This document shows, one piece after another, positions 49,474 through 57,872 of a stretch of DNA of 64,000 nucleotides. The stretch comes from Cyanobacteria bacterium P01_C01_bin.120. Its GTDB lineage: Bacteria > Cyanobacteriota > Cyanobacteriia > Phormidesmidales > Phormidesmidaceae. The notes below the pieces were generated by a model, which searched no databases, was not told where the DNA came from, and was given only the letters and a program-made list of their open reading frames with translations. Every line of letters begins with the position of its first letter. The first letter of the stretch is position 1. The translations under genes were made by a program, and so were the position numbers. The stretch covers positions 80 to 64,079 of the forward strand of contig JBCCJU010000004.1 in NCBI GenBank assembly GCA_039027715.1. The letters run 5' to 3'.

Positions 49474-49789
49474 AACTTTGCTACTCCTTTTCTCTATTTC
49501 TTTACCAATAGAATAGAAAATCTTTGGCTGCAGGCATACAGCTGTTTCAATCGGAAATCCGCACTCTACAGTGAAGACCAAAATCGCCGCCGATAGCGAT
49601 CGCTCACATCACCAAAGAACCGCCTTTGTATATTGCTGTCCGGCTAATAGCTGACAATCCATCAAAATATTTGAATGTGAAATGCATCTATCGTCAGAGC
49701 CAGAATCAGCCTTTGGAATGAGATCGCTGGCATGCAGCTGAATTTAGGTTTTAACCTGTAAACAAAATAGGCAGTGTCAAAATTTATTA

Positions 49790-50191
49790 ATGGTTTTAAC
49801 TCAGGTGCAAGTAGCGCAATTAGATGCCAGTCCAGTTATTGAGCGCTATTTTGAAAGCTTCAATGCCGGTAAGTTTGAAGTGACGGCGGCGCTTTTTGCG
49901 CCTGATGGTCTGCTTCATGCTCCATTCGAGGAGCCCATTGTTGGCAATGCGGCAATTGTTCGCTATCTGCAGTCGGAAGCGGCGGGCATGGAGGCTTATC
50001 CAAAGTCTTTGGAACAGGCAGAGCAGGCAGATGGGGCTAACCGCTTCATCGTGCGGGGACGAGTCAAAGCCATTGTTTTCAAAGTCAACGTGGCTTGGAT
50101 TTTTGACCTGAATGAGGCGGAGCAAATTCAAAAGCTACGGGTGAAGCTGCTGGCTTCTATGGAAGATTTGTTGAAGCTGCGCTCAGAGTGA
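49790..50191 (+). CDS. NTF2-like orange carotenoid protein C-terminal domain homolog (CTDH/CCP)
   Basis: YFESFNAG...AALFAPDG...PFEEPIVG...FKVNVAW...KLLASMEDLL. Confidence 0.85.
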   Translation: MVLTQVQVAQLDASPVIERYFESFNAGKFEVTAALFAPDGLLHAPFEEPIVGNAAIVRYLQSEAAGMEAYPKSLEQAEQADGANRFIVRGRVKAIVFKVNVAWIFDLNEAEQIQKLRVKLLASMEDLLKLRSE

Positions 50192-50389
50192 TGGCGATCG
50201 CCTGATCGCTTGTGCACAGCGTTTATGCGTTGACTCCGCTGGATCTGAGGCTGAAAAGGCTGACAGCCGCACATATAAAGCCACATGAGAGATTTTGGGG
50301 TAGCGATATGAGGAGCTTTACGCAAAGGGCCGAGTGCGATCGCACCAGGTATACTCCAATCAGTCAGGATTTCCGCTCAACAGACTCCT

Positions 50390-50956
50390 ATGATTGCTCT
50401 GGAACCGTTCGTCTCACCTTCTGTTTTCGGTCTCACTTTTCTGCTCTTTATTGGCCTATTCTTTTTTATTCGGGCTTCCACCAAAGATCGAACTGAAACT
50501 GCGCTTTACACGACGTCCCTAACGGACGTGACGCTGCTGGAAAAGCTGCAAATGTATTTCTCAAATCGCGCTTATCGCGTTACTGCCGTTGATGCTGATT
50601 CCGGCAAAATTTCGCTAGAGGGCAAAGTGGGAGCCAGCCTATTTCTGGCTATTTTTCTGGGAAGTCTGGCCGCCATTGGTCTGTTCTGTTTGGCGTTAGT
50701 CATGACGATATCAACCCCACAGCTTGGCGTCGTTCCCTATGGTTTGTTGCTATTATCGCCGCTGGCTTCCTGGTTTTATTGGCAAGGGGCGGCTCGCTTT
50801 GAGCAGGTTTCTTTCCAGGTGTTGCCCCCTATCACTAAAACCGATATGGATACAATCGCCGCGGCAGCGGGCTCCCGATTGCGGGTAACTGCCCACCGTG
50901 ATGAATTGATTGCTCTGGCAGCGCAGCTTCCTTTAAAGCGGCAAGAGACGGAGTGA
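50390..50956 (+). CDS. ccb1: Cofactor assembly of complex C subunit B (CCB1, DUF3529)
   Basis: LLFIGLFFFIRASTKDR, YFSNRAY, SWFYWQGA, HRDEL. Confidence 0.88.
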   Translation: MIALEPFVSPSVFGLTFLLFIGLFFFIRASTKDRTETALYTTSLTDVTLLEKLQMYFSNRAYRVTAVDADSGKISLEGKVGASLFLAIFLGSLAAIGLFCLALVMTISTPQLGVVPYGLLLLSPLASWFYWQGAARFEQVSFQVLPPITKTDMDTIAAAAGSRLRVTAHRDELIALAAQLPLKRQETE

Positions 50957-50972
50957 ATTCACTCCGTCTCTT
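50943..50972. repeat. Perfect 30-bp palindrome overlapping the ccb1 stop codon (possible bidirectional terminator)
   Basis: AAGAGACGGAGTGAA/TTCACTCCGTCTCTT, with no spacer, between convergent genes. Confidence 0.9.
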
Positions 50973-51057
50973 ATCCTGGTTCAAATCTTGTATGCTTCCT
51001 TGGAAAGCTGAACTCATTAAAAACGTACCGTTGAAGCCTAAAATATAGGCGATCGCC

Positions 51058-51372
51058 TTATTTTGAAAGGCTCACAACTTCTTCGTCGTCTTCGTTCAGC
51101 AGGGCTCTCAAACTAGGAAACAAAAAGTGATTCTCTTCGACATATTGAGCACCAAAGAGTCCCTTCTCGGCCCAAAAATATCGATCAGTGGTGTGCTCAT
51201 TACGTTTCACTAGCAACAGTGCGGGGGGAGCAATGTTTTCGCTATGAATAAAGTTTCGAGCTGCGGTAACGGGCTTATCTGTGCCGCTTTCGATACTATA
51301 CTGAGGAACACTCTCTAAAATACGCCGACCTTCTAGACGACGGCGGCTTTTGCGTTTGCGTCTTCTTGCCAA
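51058..51372 (-). CDS. DUF3155 family protein
   Basis: MARRRKRKSRRR...NEHTTDRYFWAEKGLFGAQY, with GGAGG upstream of a TTG start. Confidence 0.9.
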   Translation of the reverse strand: MARRRKRKSRRRLEGRRILESVPQYSIESGTDKPVTAARNFIHSENIAPPALLLVKRNEHTTDRYFWAEKGLFGAQYVEENHFLFPSLRALLNEDDEEVVSLSK

Positions 51373-51418
51373 CCTGCCTACCTCCTAACTCTCTGGTGTA
51401 ATCAAAGCATGCGAGGTA

Positions 51419-51434
51419 TGTAGTTTGTGTTACA
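51419..51434. promoter_or_regulatory. NtcA-type box TGTA-N8-TACA
   Basis: TGTAGTTTGTGTTACA, 47 nt upstream of the DUF3155 start. Confidence 0.45.
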
Positions 51435-52030
51435 AAACCCCGATGCAGCAAAGTATATCCGGTAAAAACTAAAATTTCAACTTCTCTGAATGTAGGACGG
51501 GGGAATTGCGTGGTTAAATGAAGAGTTGCTTTATCTTGGTTAAATAGGTTTTTGAATAAGTAATCGCTACTACTCGAGGGGCTTTTAAGCATTTTGCAGA
51601 GGTAGCTCGCACTAAACAGATCTGCGCTTATTAAATCTGTTCACATAGCTAAACTATTCGTAAAACTTCTATGGAATTCTCGAGTTTATTCTTTATAGAT
51701 TGCAATCACATTTAATAAGCTGCCTGCGGAGCGTCGGTTGCCCAGCGATGGGGCCGCTTTTGGAATTATCTGGAGTGCGGAAACACTGAAGGCGATTTCC
51801 AGTCAGTAAACTGCAAACAGCCCAGTGAGTTTAGTGGGATCGGCAAGGCTGCTATAGCGACTCTGGTTAACTTCTATTTCCCTTATCCGGCGTGAGCAGT
51901 TAAGCAATGTGTCCTGGCAGAATAGCCGATTTAGACGTCAAGATATTTTTAATTTGGTTGTTCTTATTGGCCCTGTTACTCGCCTAAGATTTAGGCTGAT
52001 CCTAAAACAAAGGATTTTCGGCGATTTTTG

Positions 52031-53443
52031 ATGATGTTAATGCCCGCAAGTGCTGAATTTGCCGCCCTTTGTCAGTCACAACTGGCGATGATAACTAAGC
52101 TCATAGGAGCTGAGTCGGCGGCAATCTATTTAGCCGAAAGCTGGTCCGATCAGCAAATGCCCAATTTGTTGCCGATCGCAATTTATCCCGGAGGTCGGCC
52201 TGAACGCGCGACATTGGCTGCTGAGAAGGGGCTACCGGAAGCCGTGAAGCCAACGACAGCCTTATTAAACGAGGCGACGACAGCGACCACTCCTGTTTCT
52301 CCTGCTGTCCTCCCGGAGCCGGCTTTGTCACCCGCTCCCGAAACCGATTCTGAACCGGCTTCGGCGCAGCGATTGGCCATCCCCATGATGCATGAGGGAG
52401 GCGTCTTTGGCGTACTCGTGGGCTGGCGCTCTGACCATCCGTGGCGCGATGGCGAGCGCGATCGCATGGAGGAATGTGCTCGTTCCCTCACCCTTGCCTG
52501 TGTCCTAGACCAGCGTGGACAGTGGCTCAAAACTCAGCGGTCTTCCCTGGATCAGGTACAAACTCAGCAGTCTGATCGATTTCATGAGCTACTGCATCAG
52601 CTGCGCAGTCCGCTGACAGCGCTCAAAACCTTCGGTAAATTACTTACCAAACGCCTGTCCGCAGTGGATCCTAATCGCTCTCTAGTACTCAATATGCTGC
52701 AAGAAGGCGATCGCCTACAGGAGCTATTAGGTTATTTTGACGACACGCTGCAGGCGGCCGACGATACCCGTGAAGAGGCGGCAACGACGCTCCCGCTGCT
52801 ATTACCAGCATCGGATGCTGATGCGGTACCGACAGCATCAACGGTAGAGTCTGGCTCTTTGGCTCACTTTGGCGGAGCGCTTACCGCTGAACCGATGCCG
52901 CTAGCTGAGGTGGTGACGCCGCTGGTAAACCTGACTCAGCCTCTGGTCGAAGAGGCTGGCATGACCCTACAGGCAATCTCTCCTGCAATGGACAGTTGGG
53001 TGCAGGCCGATGTCAGAGCCTTAGCCGAAATTTTGAATATTCTCATTGATAATGCGCTGAAATATGCCTTTCCAGGCAGCCAAATTTGGCTACAGTGGGC
53101 ATTATCGAGTCCGGCGCAGCCGCACTGGGTGGGACTGCTGCTGGGGGATACGGGGCCTGGCATTCCCGCAGTTGATCAAGCACACATTTTTGAGCGCCAC
53201 TATCGTGGACTACAGGCTGCGGGAGAATTAGCAGGAACTGGCCTAGGGTTGGCGATCGCGGCGGATTTGGCCGAAGAAATGCATGGACAGATTGACGTTA
53301 TCAGCCCCTTGGCGAAACTGTCTCATCCATTACCGGCAATTATCGAGCCCGATAGTGAGCAGCAGGGTACCGCTTTTATCATTTGGCTGCCTCGGGCCGA
53401 GCCTCCTGATGCCCATGGCGATACTCCGGTAATGGCGACATAG
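52031..53443 (+). CDS. Sensor histidine kinase with degenerate GAF-like N-terminus
   Basis: H-box LLHQLRSPLT, N-box NILIDNALKY, G1 DTGPGI, F-box IFERHYRG, G2 GTGLGLAI. Confidence 0.93.
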   Translation: MMLMPASAEFAALCQSQLAMITKLIGAESAAIYLAESWSDQQMPNLLPIAIYPGGRPERATLAAEKGLPEAVKPTTALLNEATTATTPVSPAVLPEPALSPAPETDSEPASAQRLAIPMMHEGGVFGVLVGWRSDHPWRDGERDRMEECARSLTLACVLDQRGQWLKTQRSSLDQVQTQQSDRFHELLHQLRSPLTALKTFGKLLTKRLSAVDPNRSLVLNMLQEGDRLQELLGYFDDTLQAADDTREEAATTLPLLLPASDADAVPTASTVESGSLAHFGGALTAEPMPLAEVVTPLVNLTQPLVEEAGMTLQAISPAMDSWVQADVRALAEILNILIDNALKYAFPGSQIWLQWALSSPAQPHWVGLLLGDTGPGIPAVDQAHIFERHYRGLQAAGELAGTGLGLAIAADLAEEMHGQIDVISPLAKLSHPLPAIIEPDSEQQGTAFIIWLPRAEPPDAHGDTPVMAT

Positions 53444-53555
53444 CCTGGCCTTTCATAGCAGCATCAGCCAAACATGTCTCGCCTCGCCGGCGATATCTGC
53501 CAATCAGCAGTTAGGCTTTTTTGGCTAGATTTTAATCAATGGAAAACAATTTTTG

Positions 53556-53571
53556 ATAGCATAATATCTAT
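53556..53571. promoter_or_regulatory. NdhR/CcmR-type operator ATAG-N8-CTAT overlapping a -10-like hexamer of the mrp operon
   Basis: ATAGCATAATATCTAT, 27 nt before the first mrp start. It contains CATAAT/TAATAT. Confidence 0.6.
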
Positions 53572-53598
53572 GGATGACGTTCAGTTGATATTGCTACC

Positions 53599-54018
53599 AT
53601 GCTTTTCCTGCTTGCTCTGGGGTGCGGTCTTCAGCCATCAATTTATTTGGCTGCGGCAGCGCCCGTCCAGCTGCCACAGTCAATACTGGAAGCGTGCGTC
53701 TTTGCTACGGTGCTGATCGGTTTTGTCGGCATCATCTGGAAGCGTAATTTGCTTATGAAAACTTTGGCAATGGACGTTATGAGCACCGGAGTAATCGCAT
53801 TCTATGTGCTGGTAGCGGCTCGCGGCGGCATCTTCACGCCCATTGCTACCGAGAAAGCCAATGTAGCCTATGCGGACCCGGTACCTCAGGCTGTCATTTT
53901 AACCGCGATTGTAATCGGTTTTTCAATCCAGGCCCTAATGCTGGTGGGGGTGATGAAGCTTTCTCGCAACAACCCAACGCTGGATACCCATGAGATTGAG
54001 CGGAGCCACACGCCATGA
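53599..54018 (+). CDS. mrpC: Mrp/Mnh cation:proton antiporter subunit C
   Basis: KRNLLMK...ADPVPQAVILTAIVIGFS. The start is uncertain. Confidence 0.92.
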   Translation: MLFLLALGCGLQPSIYLAAAAPVQLPQSILEACVFATVLIGFVGIIWKRNLLMKTLAMDVMSTGVIAFYVLVAARGGIFTPIATEKANVAYADPVPQAVILTAIVIGFSIQALMLVGVMKLSRNNPTLDTHEIERSHTP

Positions 54019-55448
54019 CTCTGCTGACGATCGCCTGGTTGACCCTGCCGCTTTTCATCGGTTTTAGCAGCTATTTGTTGCCTCGTGCGGGTCGCTTTTT
54101 GGCCTTGGGTGTGGCACTAGTCTCGTTTACTTACAGTTTGTGGACCTTGTTGGCGACTCCCTCGTTAACCCTCAGCCTACTGGATAACTTTGGCGTGACG
54201 TTGATGGTGGATGCCTTCAGCGGCTTCTTTATTCTGACAAATGCCCTGGTGACCGCAGCGGTCGTTTTTTATTGCTGGCAGCAAAATCGTTCCAAGTTCT
54301 TTTACACTCCGGCCATTATTTTGCACGGGTGTGTGAATGCGATTTTTGTTTGTGCCGATCTAATCAGTCTCTACGTCGCCTTGGAGGTGATTGGGATTGC
54401 CGCATTTTTGCTGATTGCCTACCCGCGTAGCGATCGCACCATCTGGGTGGGGCTGCGTTATCTATTTGTCAGCAACACGGCCATGCTGTTTTACCTGCTG
54501 GGAGCCGCGCTGGTTTATCAACAAACCCAGTCCTTTGCCTTTACTGCCTTACAAGGTGTCTCCTCGAACGCGCTAGGCCTGCTCTTTATTGGACTCTTGA
54601 CGAAAGGCGGCATTTTCGTTTCTGGACTGTGGCTGCCGCTAACCCATTCTGAGTCTGAGGCTCCCGTCTCCGCCATGCTGTCGGGGGTCGTTGTCAAAAC
54701 CGGCATTTTTCCGCTGGCCCGCTGGGCTCTGATGTTTCCAGAAATCGATCCCATTGTGCGCCTGTTTGGCGTTGGCACGGCTCTCCTTGGCGTTGGCTAC
54801 GCCGTATTTGAAAAAGACGCTAAACGCATGCTGGCCTTTCATACCGTGTCGCAGTTGGGCTTCGTATTGGCGGCTCCCGAAGTGGGTGGATTCTATGCCC
54901 TAACCCACGGCCTAGTGAAATCAGCGCTATTTCTCATCACTGGTAATTTATCCAGTCGCAATCTCAAGGTTCTGCGCCATGAGCCCTTGCCGAGGTCGCT
55001 ATGGATTGCCCTGGCGATCGCCAGTTTTTCGATTTCCGGATTTCCCCTGCTGTCCGGATTTGGCGCCAAAGTACTGACCATGAAAAACTTGCTGCCGTGG
55101 CAGGTGATTGGGATGAATATTGCCGCTTTAGGTACGGCAATTTCTTTCGCTAAATTTATCTTCTTACCCAGTCGCTCCGAGGTAAAAGCCTCAGTTAAAC
55201 CTGGATTTTGGGTGGCGATGGCGCTGCTAATAGGCGGGCTATTTTTAGCTAATGTTGTCTACTACGAAGCCTACTCGCTAACTAATATTGTTAAGCCCTT
55301 AGCCACAATTGCTTTGGGTTGGTTGGCTTATGTCTTGATATTCCGCCAAGTGAAGCTCAAAATTTCACATTTAGTGGAACAGTTTGATCACCTGATTGGG
55401 GCCATGAGTCTCATCTTATTGTTGCTCTTTGGGATGGTGTTGGCATGA
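54015..55448 (+). CDS. mrpD: Mrp/Mnh antiporter subunit D (NuoN/ND2-like)
   Basis: DLISLYVALEV, LWLPLTHSESEAPVSAMLSGVVVK, LAFHTVSQLG. It overlaps the mrpC stop. Confidence 0.93.
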   Translation: MTLLTIAWLTLPLFIGFSSYLLPRAGRFLALGVALVSFTYSLWTLLATPSLTLSLLDNFGVTLMVDAFSGFFILTNALVTAAVVFYCWQQNRSKFFYTPAIILHGCVNAIFVCADLISLYVALEVIGIAAFLLIAYPRSDRTIWVGLRYLFVSNTAMLFYLLGAALVYQQTQSFAFTALQGVSSNALGLLFIGLLTKGGIFVSGLWLPLTHSESEAPVSAMLSGVVVKTGIFPLARWALMFPEIDPIVRLFGVGTALLGVGYAVFEKDAKRMLAFHTVSQLGFVLAAPEVGGFYALTHGLVKSALFLITGNLSSRNLKVLRHEPLPRSLWIALAIASFSISGFPLLSGFGAKVLTMKNLLPWQVIGMNIAALGTAISFAKFIFLPSRSEVKASVKPGFWVAMALLIGGLFLANVVYYEAYSLTNIVKPLATIALGWLAYVLIFRQVKLKISHLVEQFDHLIGAMSLILLLLFGMVLA

Positions 55449-55885
55449 TTGGCTATCTTGATTTGGCCCTACGTCTAATTATCTGGTTTCTACTAACCGC
55501 TGACCTTAGTCTCGCCAACATTGCTATTGGCGTTTGTATTGCGCTGATATTACCTCGCAACCGGACCCTGACTGCTGTCCTGCGGGATTGGTTAAACGTG
55601 CTTTGGGAAATCATTGTGGCAATTCCTACTGCCTACGCCGAGGCGATTGAAATTATCTTTCGACCGCACACCAAAGAAGACACTGTCATGGAAAGAGTGC
55701 GGCCTAATCGCACCCCCGGTCTGATATTTTTAGACATCTTTCTAATCACCTTTACGCCTAAGACCATTGTGCTTAAGTATCACGAAGATGGCTGGTATGA
55801 AGTCCATCGTATTCGGCGGCGATCGCGCACAAAATCTCAGTCGGCTATCGCCGCCTCCGAGTCCGCTAAAAACGTTGAAGTTTAA
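55445..55885 (+). CDS. mrpE: Mrp/Mnh subunit E
   Basis: IIWFLLTAD...LITFTPKT, plus operon position. Confidence 0.88.
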   Translation: MIGYLDLALRLIIWFLLTADLSLANIAIGVCIALILPRNRTLTAVLRDWLNVLWEIIVAIPTAYAEAIEIIFRPHTKEDTVMERVRPNRTPGLIFLDIFLITFTPKTIVLKYHEDGWYEVHRIRRRSRTKSQSAIAASESAKNVEV

Positions 55886-55934
55886 TCTTCCTTTTGCATT
55901 CTTACAGACGTGATATATCGCGTTTTTTTAAGCC

Positions 55935-56186
55935 ATGAATGGTATTCTCATCGCCATGATTTTAGCTCTGCTAATTCCTATTTATGAAGCCTGGCAAGAC
56001 GAAGATATTTGGCAAAAAATGCTGGCATTTGCCAGTATTGCCACCAAAACATCCATCATGATTTTGGTCGTTTCAGTATTACGAGATGACTGGATGATTG
56101 GCCTGGTGGGCGTTTTGATTTTGAGTGTTGGCAACGCAGCTTTGATGTTATTGGCCCACGTGATGCGGCGGTTAAACGAACTATGA
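55935..56186 (+). CDS. mrpF: Mrp/Mnh subunit F
   Basis: 83-aa protein with 3 TM helices, plus operon position. Confidence 0.8.
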   Translation: MNGILIAMILALLIPIYEAWQDEDIWQKMLAFASIATKTSIMILVVSVLRDDWMIGLVGVLILSVGNAALMLLAHVMRRLNEL

Positions 56187-56461
56187 TTGATGTTTTTAGC
56201 TATGGCCTGATGGTGCTCGGCGTCATCTTCTGGTTTTGGGGCACGTTCCCGCTGTTGGGGCGACGGTCGGTGCTCTATAAACTGCACAGCCTATCGGTGG
56301 CCGACACCCTGGGATCTATGAGTATCATTGTGGGCCTGCTGCTCAAAATTCCCAGTGAGTGGCCGCTGCTGATACTAGCCATTATTTCTTTAGCCATTTG
56401 GAACACAGTGCTGGGATATGTGTTGGCCTACTGTTCGAGTACGGGAGGGGAAAATGTCTGA
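56183..56461 (+). CDS. mrpG: Mrp/Mnh subunit G
   Basis: KLHSLSVADTLGS motif. Confidence 0.9.
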   Translation: MIDVFSYGLMVLGVIFWFWGTFPLLGRRSVLYKLHSLSVADTLGSMSIIVGLLLKIPSEWPLLILAIISLAIWNTVLGYVLAYCSSTGGENV

Positions 56462-57083
56462 AAATTTGTATATTGTGGCGATCGCGGCCCTGCTGCCCCT
56501 GACGGCTGGCATGCTAGTCACGCAGGCTAATCCTTATCATGCGCTGGTGATTCGTGGCATTTTGGGCGCGGTGGCGGCCCTCGTCTATGCGCTGTTTGGC
56601 GCGGCCGATGTAGCCCTTACTGAAGCGCTTGTTGGCACCATGCTGTCAATTACGCTGTATGCGATCGCGGTACGCTCTTCCATGAGCCTGCGTTTGGGAG
56701 TTTTAGCGACGTCCCTTGCCGAAACCCATTCCTCTCCATCGCAACAGCTCTTTCCCGCCCTGCGAACGGTGCTTAAACCCCATCAGTTGCGTTTGGAAGT
56801 CGTGTCCTTTGACAATCCGCAGGCGCTGCAGCGGGCTTTAGAGGGTCAGGAAATCCACGCGGTTTATCTACCAACGAGCCTAATTATTGATGAGCCAGTA
56901 GTCGCGACCAATCAGGCTGCCCACACCCTAAATATTCGACTACCGCAACTTTATGACTTAGTTGCTGCGGCTTTGCCCCCCGAATTGGCCGACGTCAACT
57001 TTTCGCGAGCGCTGCGGTTAGAGCCCGCGACTCCATCACCGGATAAAGTCGATCTGCGCAATGCCTTGGAGGGCCAATCATGA
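56454..57083 (+). CDS. DUF4040 (MrpB N-terminal/MrpA C-part-like) subunit
   Basis: ALFGAADVALTEALVGT. Start moved to ATG 56454, behind GGAGG. Confidence 0.88.
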   Translation: MSENLYIVAIAALLPLTAGMLVTQANPYHALVIRGILGAVAALVYALFGAADVALTEALVGTMLSITLYAIAVRSSMSLRLGVLATSLAETHSSPSQQLFPALRTVLKPHQLRLEVVSFDNPQALQRALEGQEIHAVYLPTSLIIDEPVVATNQAAHTLNIRLPQLYDLVAAALPPELADVNFSRALRLEPATPSPDKVDLRNALEGQS

Positions 57084-57742
57084 AGTGGATCTACGTAGCG
57101 GCGGCGATCGCCCTTTACTTCAAAATGCTGGTATTTCCCAACCCCGCCGTTGATGTCGCTGAGTTTTCCGCCGTGGAGATGGTGATTGACGACAGTGGCG
57201 TGGTGAACGCAGTTTCCGGCATCATTTTTCGTAACCGCCTGTATGACACCATTTTTGAGGTGGTCGTTTTTACCTTGGCCATCATGGGAGTGCGGTTTCT
57301 CCTGGCCGATGAGCAGCCTTCCTGCAATATTTATCAATTTACAGACGAGCCCTCCATCGTTTTGGCTCGCTTGGGAGCCACCATCGCTGCCCTAGTCAGC
57401 ATTGAACTGGCGATTCGTGGTCACTTGAGTCCGGGGGGTGGCTTTGCGGCTGGCGTGGCCGGCGGCACGGCCATCGGGCTGGTAGCGATTACGACTTCTG
57501 CTAGGTGGATGGAGGGTATCTACAAGCGCTGGCGCGCCGCCACCCTCGAAAAAGTGTCAGTGTTGATTTTTATCGCGATCGCCACCCTATCGCTCGTTGG
57601 CGTCGAACTTTCTCACGGAGTTCCCGGTACCCTCATCAGCGGCGGCTGGATTCCGATATTAAATGTGCTGGTGGCGCTAAAAGTCTCCTTGGGAGCCTGG
57701 GCAGCCATCCTAGTGTTTATTCGCTATCGCGGTCTCCTGTAG
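57080..57742 (+). CDS. mrpB: Mrp/Mnh subunit B
   Basis: NRLYDTIFEV and GHLSPGGGFAAG. Confidence 0.92.
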   Translation: MKWIYVAAAIALYFKMLVFPNPAVDVAEFSAVEMVIDDSGVVNAVSGIIFRNRLYDTIFEVVVFTLAIMGVRFLLADEQPSCNIYQFTDEPSIVLARLGATIAALVSIELAIRGHLSPGGGFAAGVAGGTAIGLVAITTSARWMEGIYKRWRAATLEKVSVLIFIAIATLSLVGVELSHGVPGTLISGGWIPILNVLVALKVSLGAWAAILVFIRYRGLL

Positions 57743-57872
57743 GGCGAAAAGACTGTGATATGGGATCTTTAGCGATCACCAGCTGTTGCGATGCCGCAAT
57801 AGTCAAGGCCCCTCTGGAGAGCGACTTCGAAAAGCGGGTTCTAACGGTTTATCGCGCCACAGTTTATCGCGC

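Noticed and set aside
51590-52027. Possible ncRNA (single GGAAACA, Yfr2-like) in the long intergenic region before the histidine kinase
   Set aside because: Only one motif copy and no convincing terminator or conserved structure.
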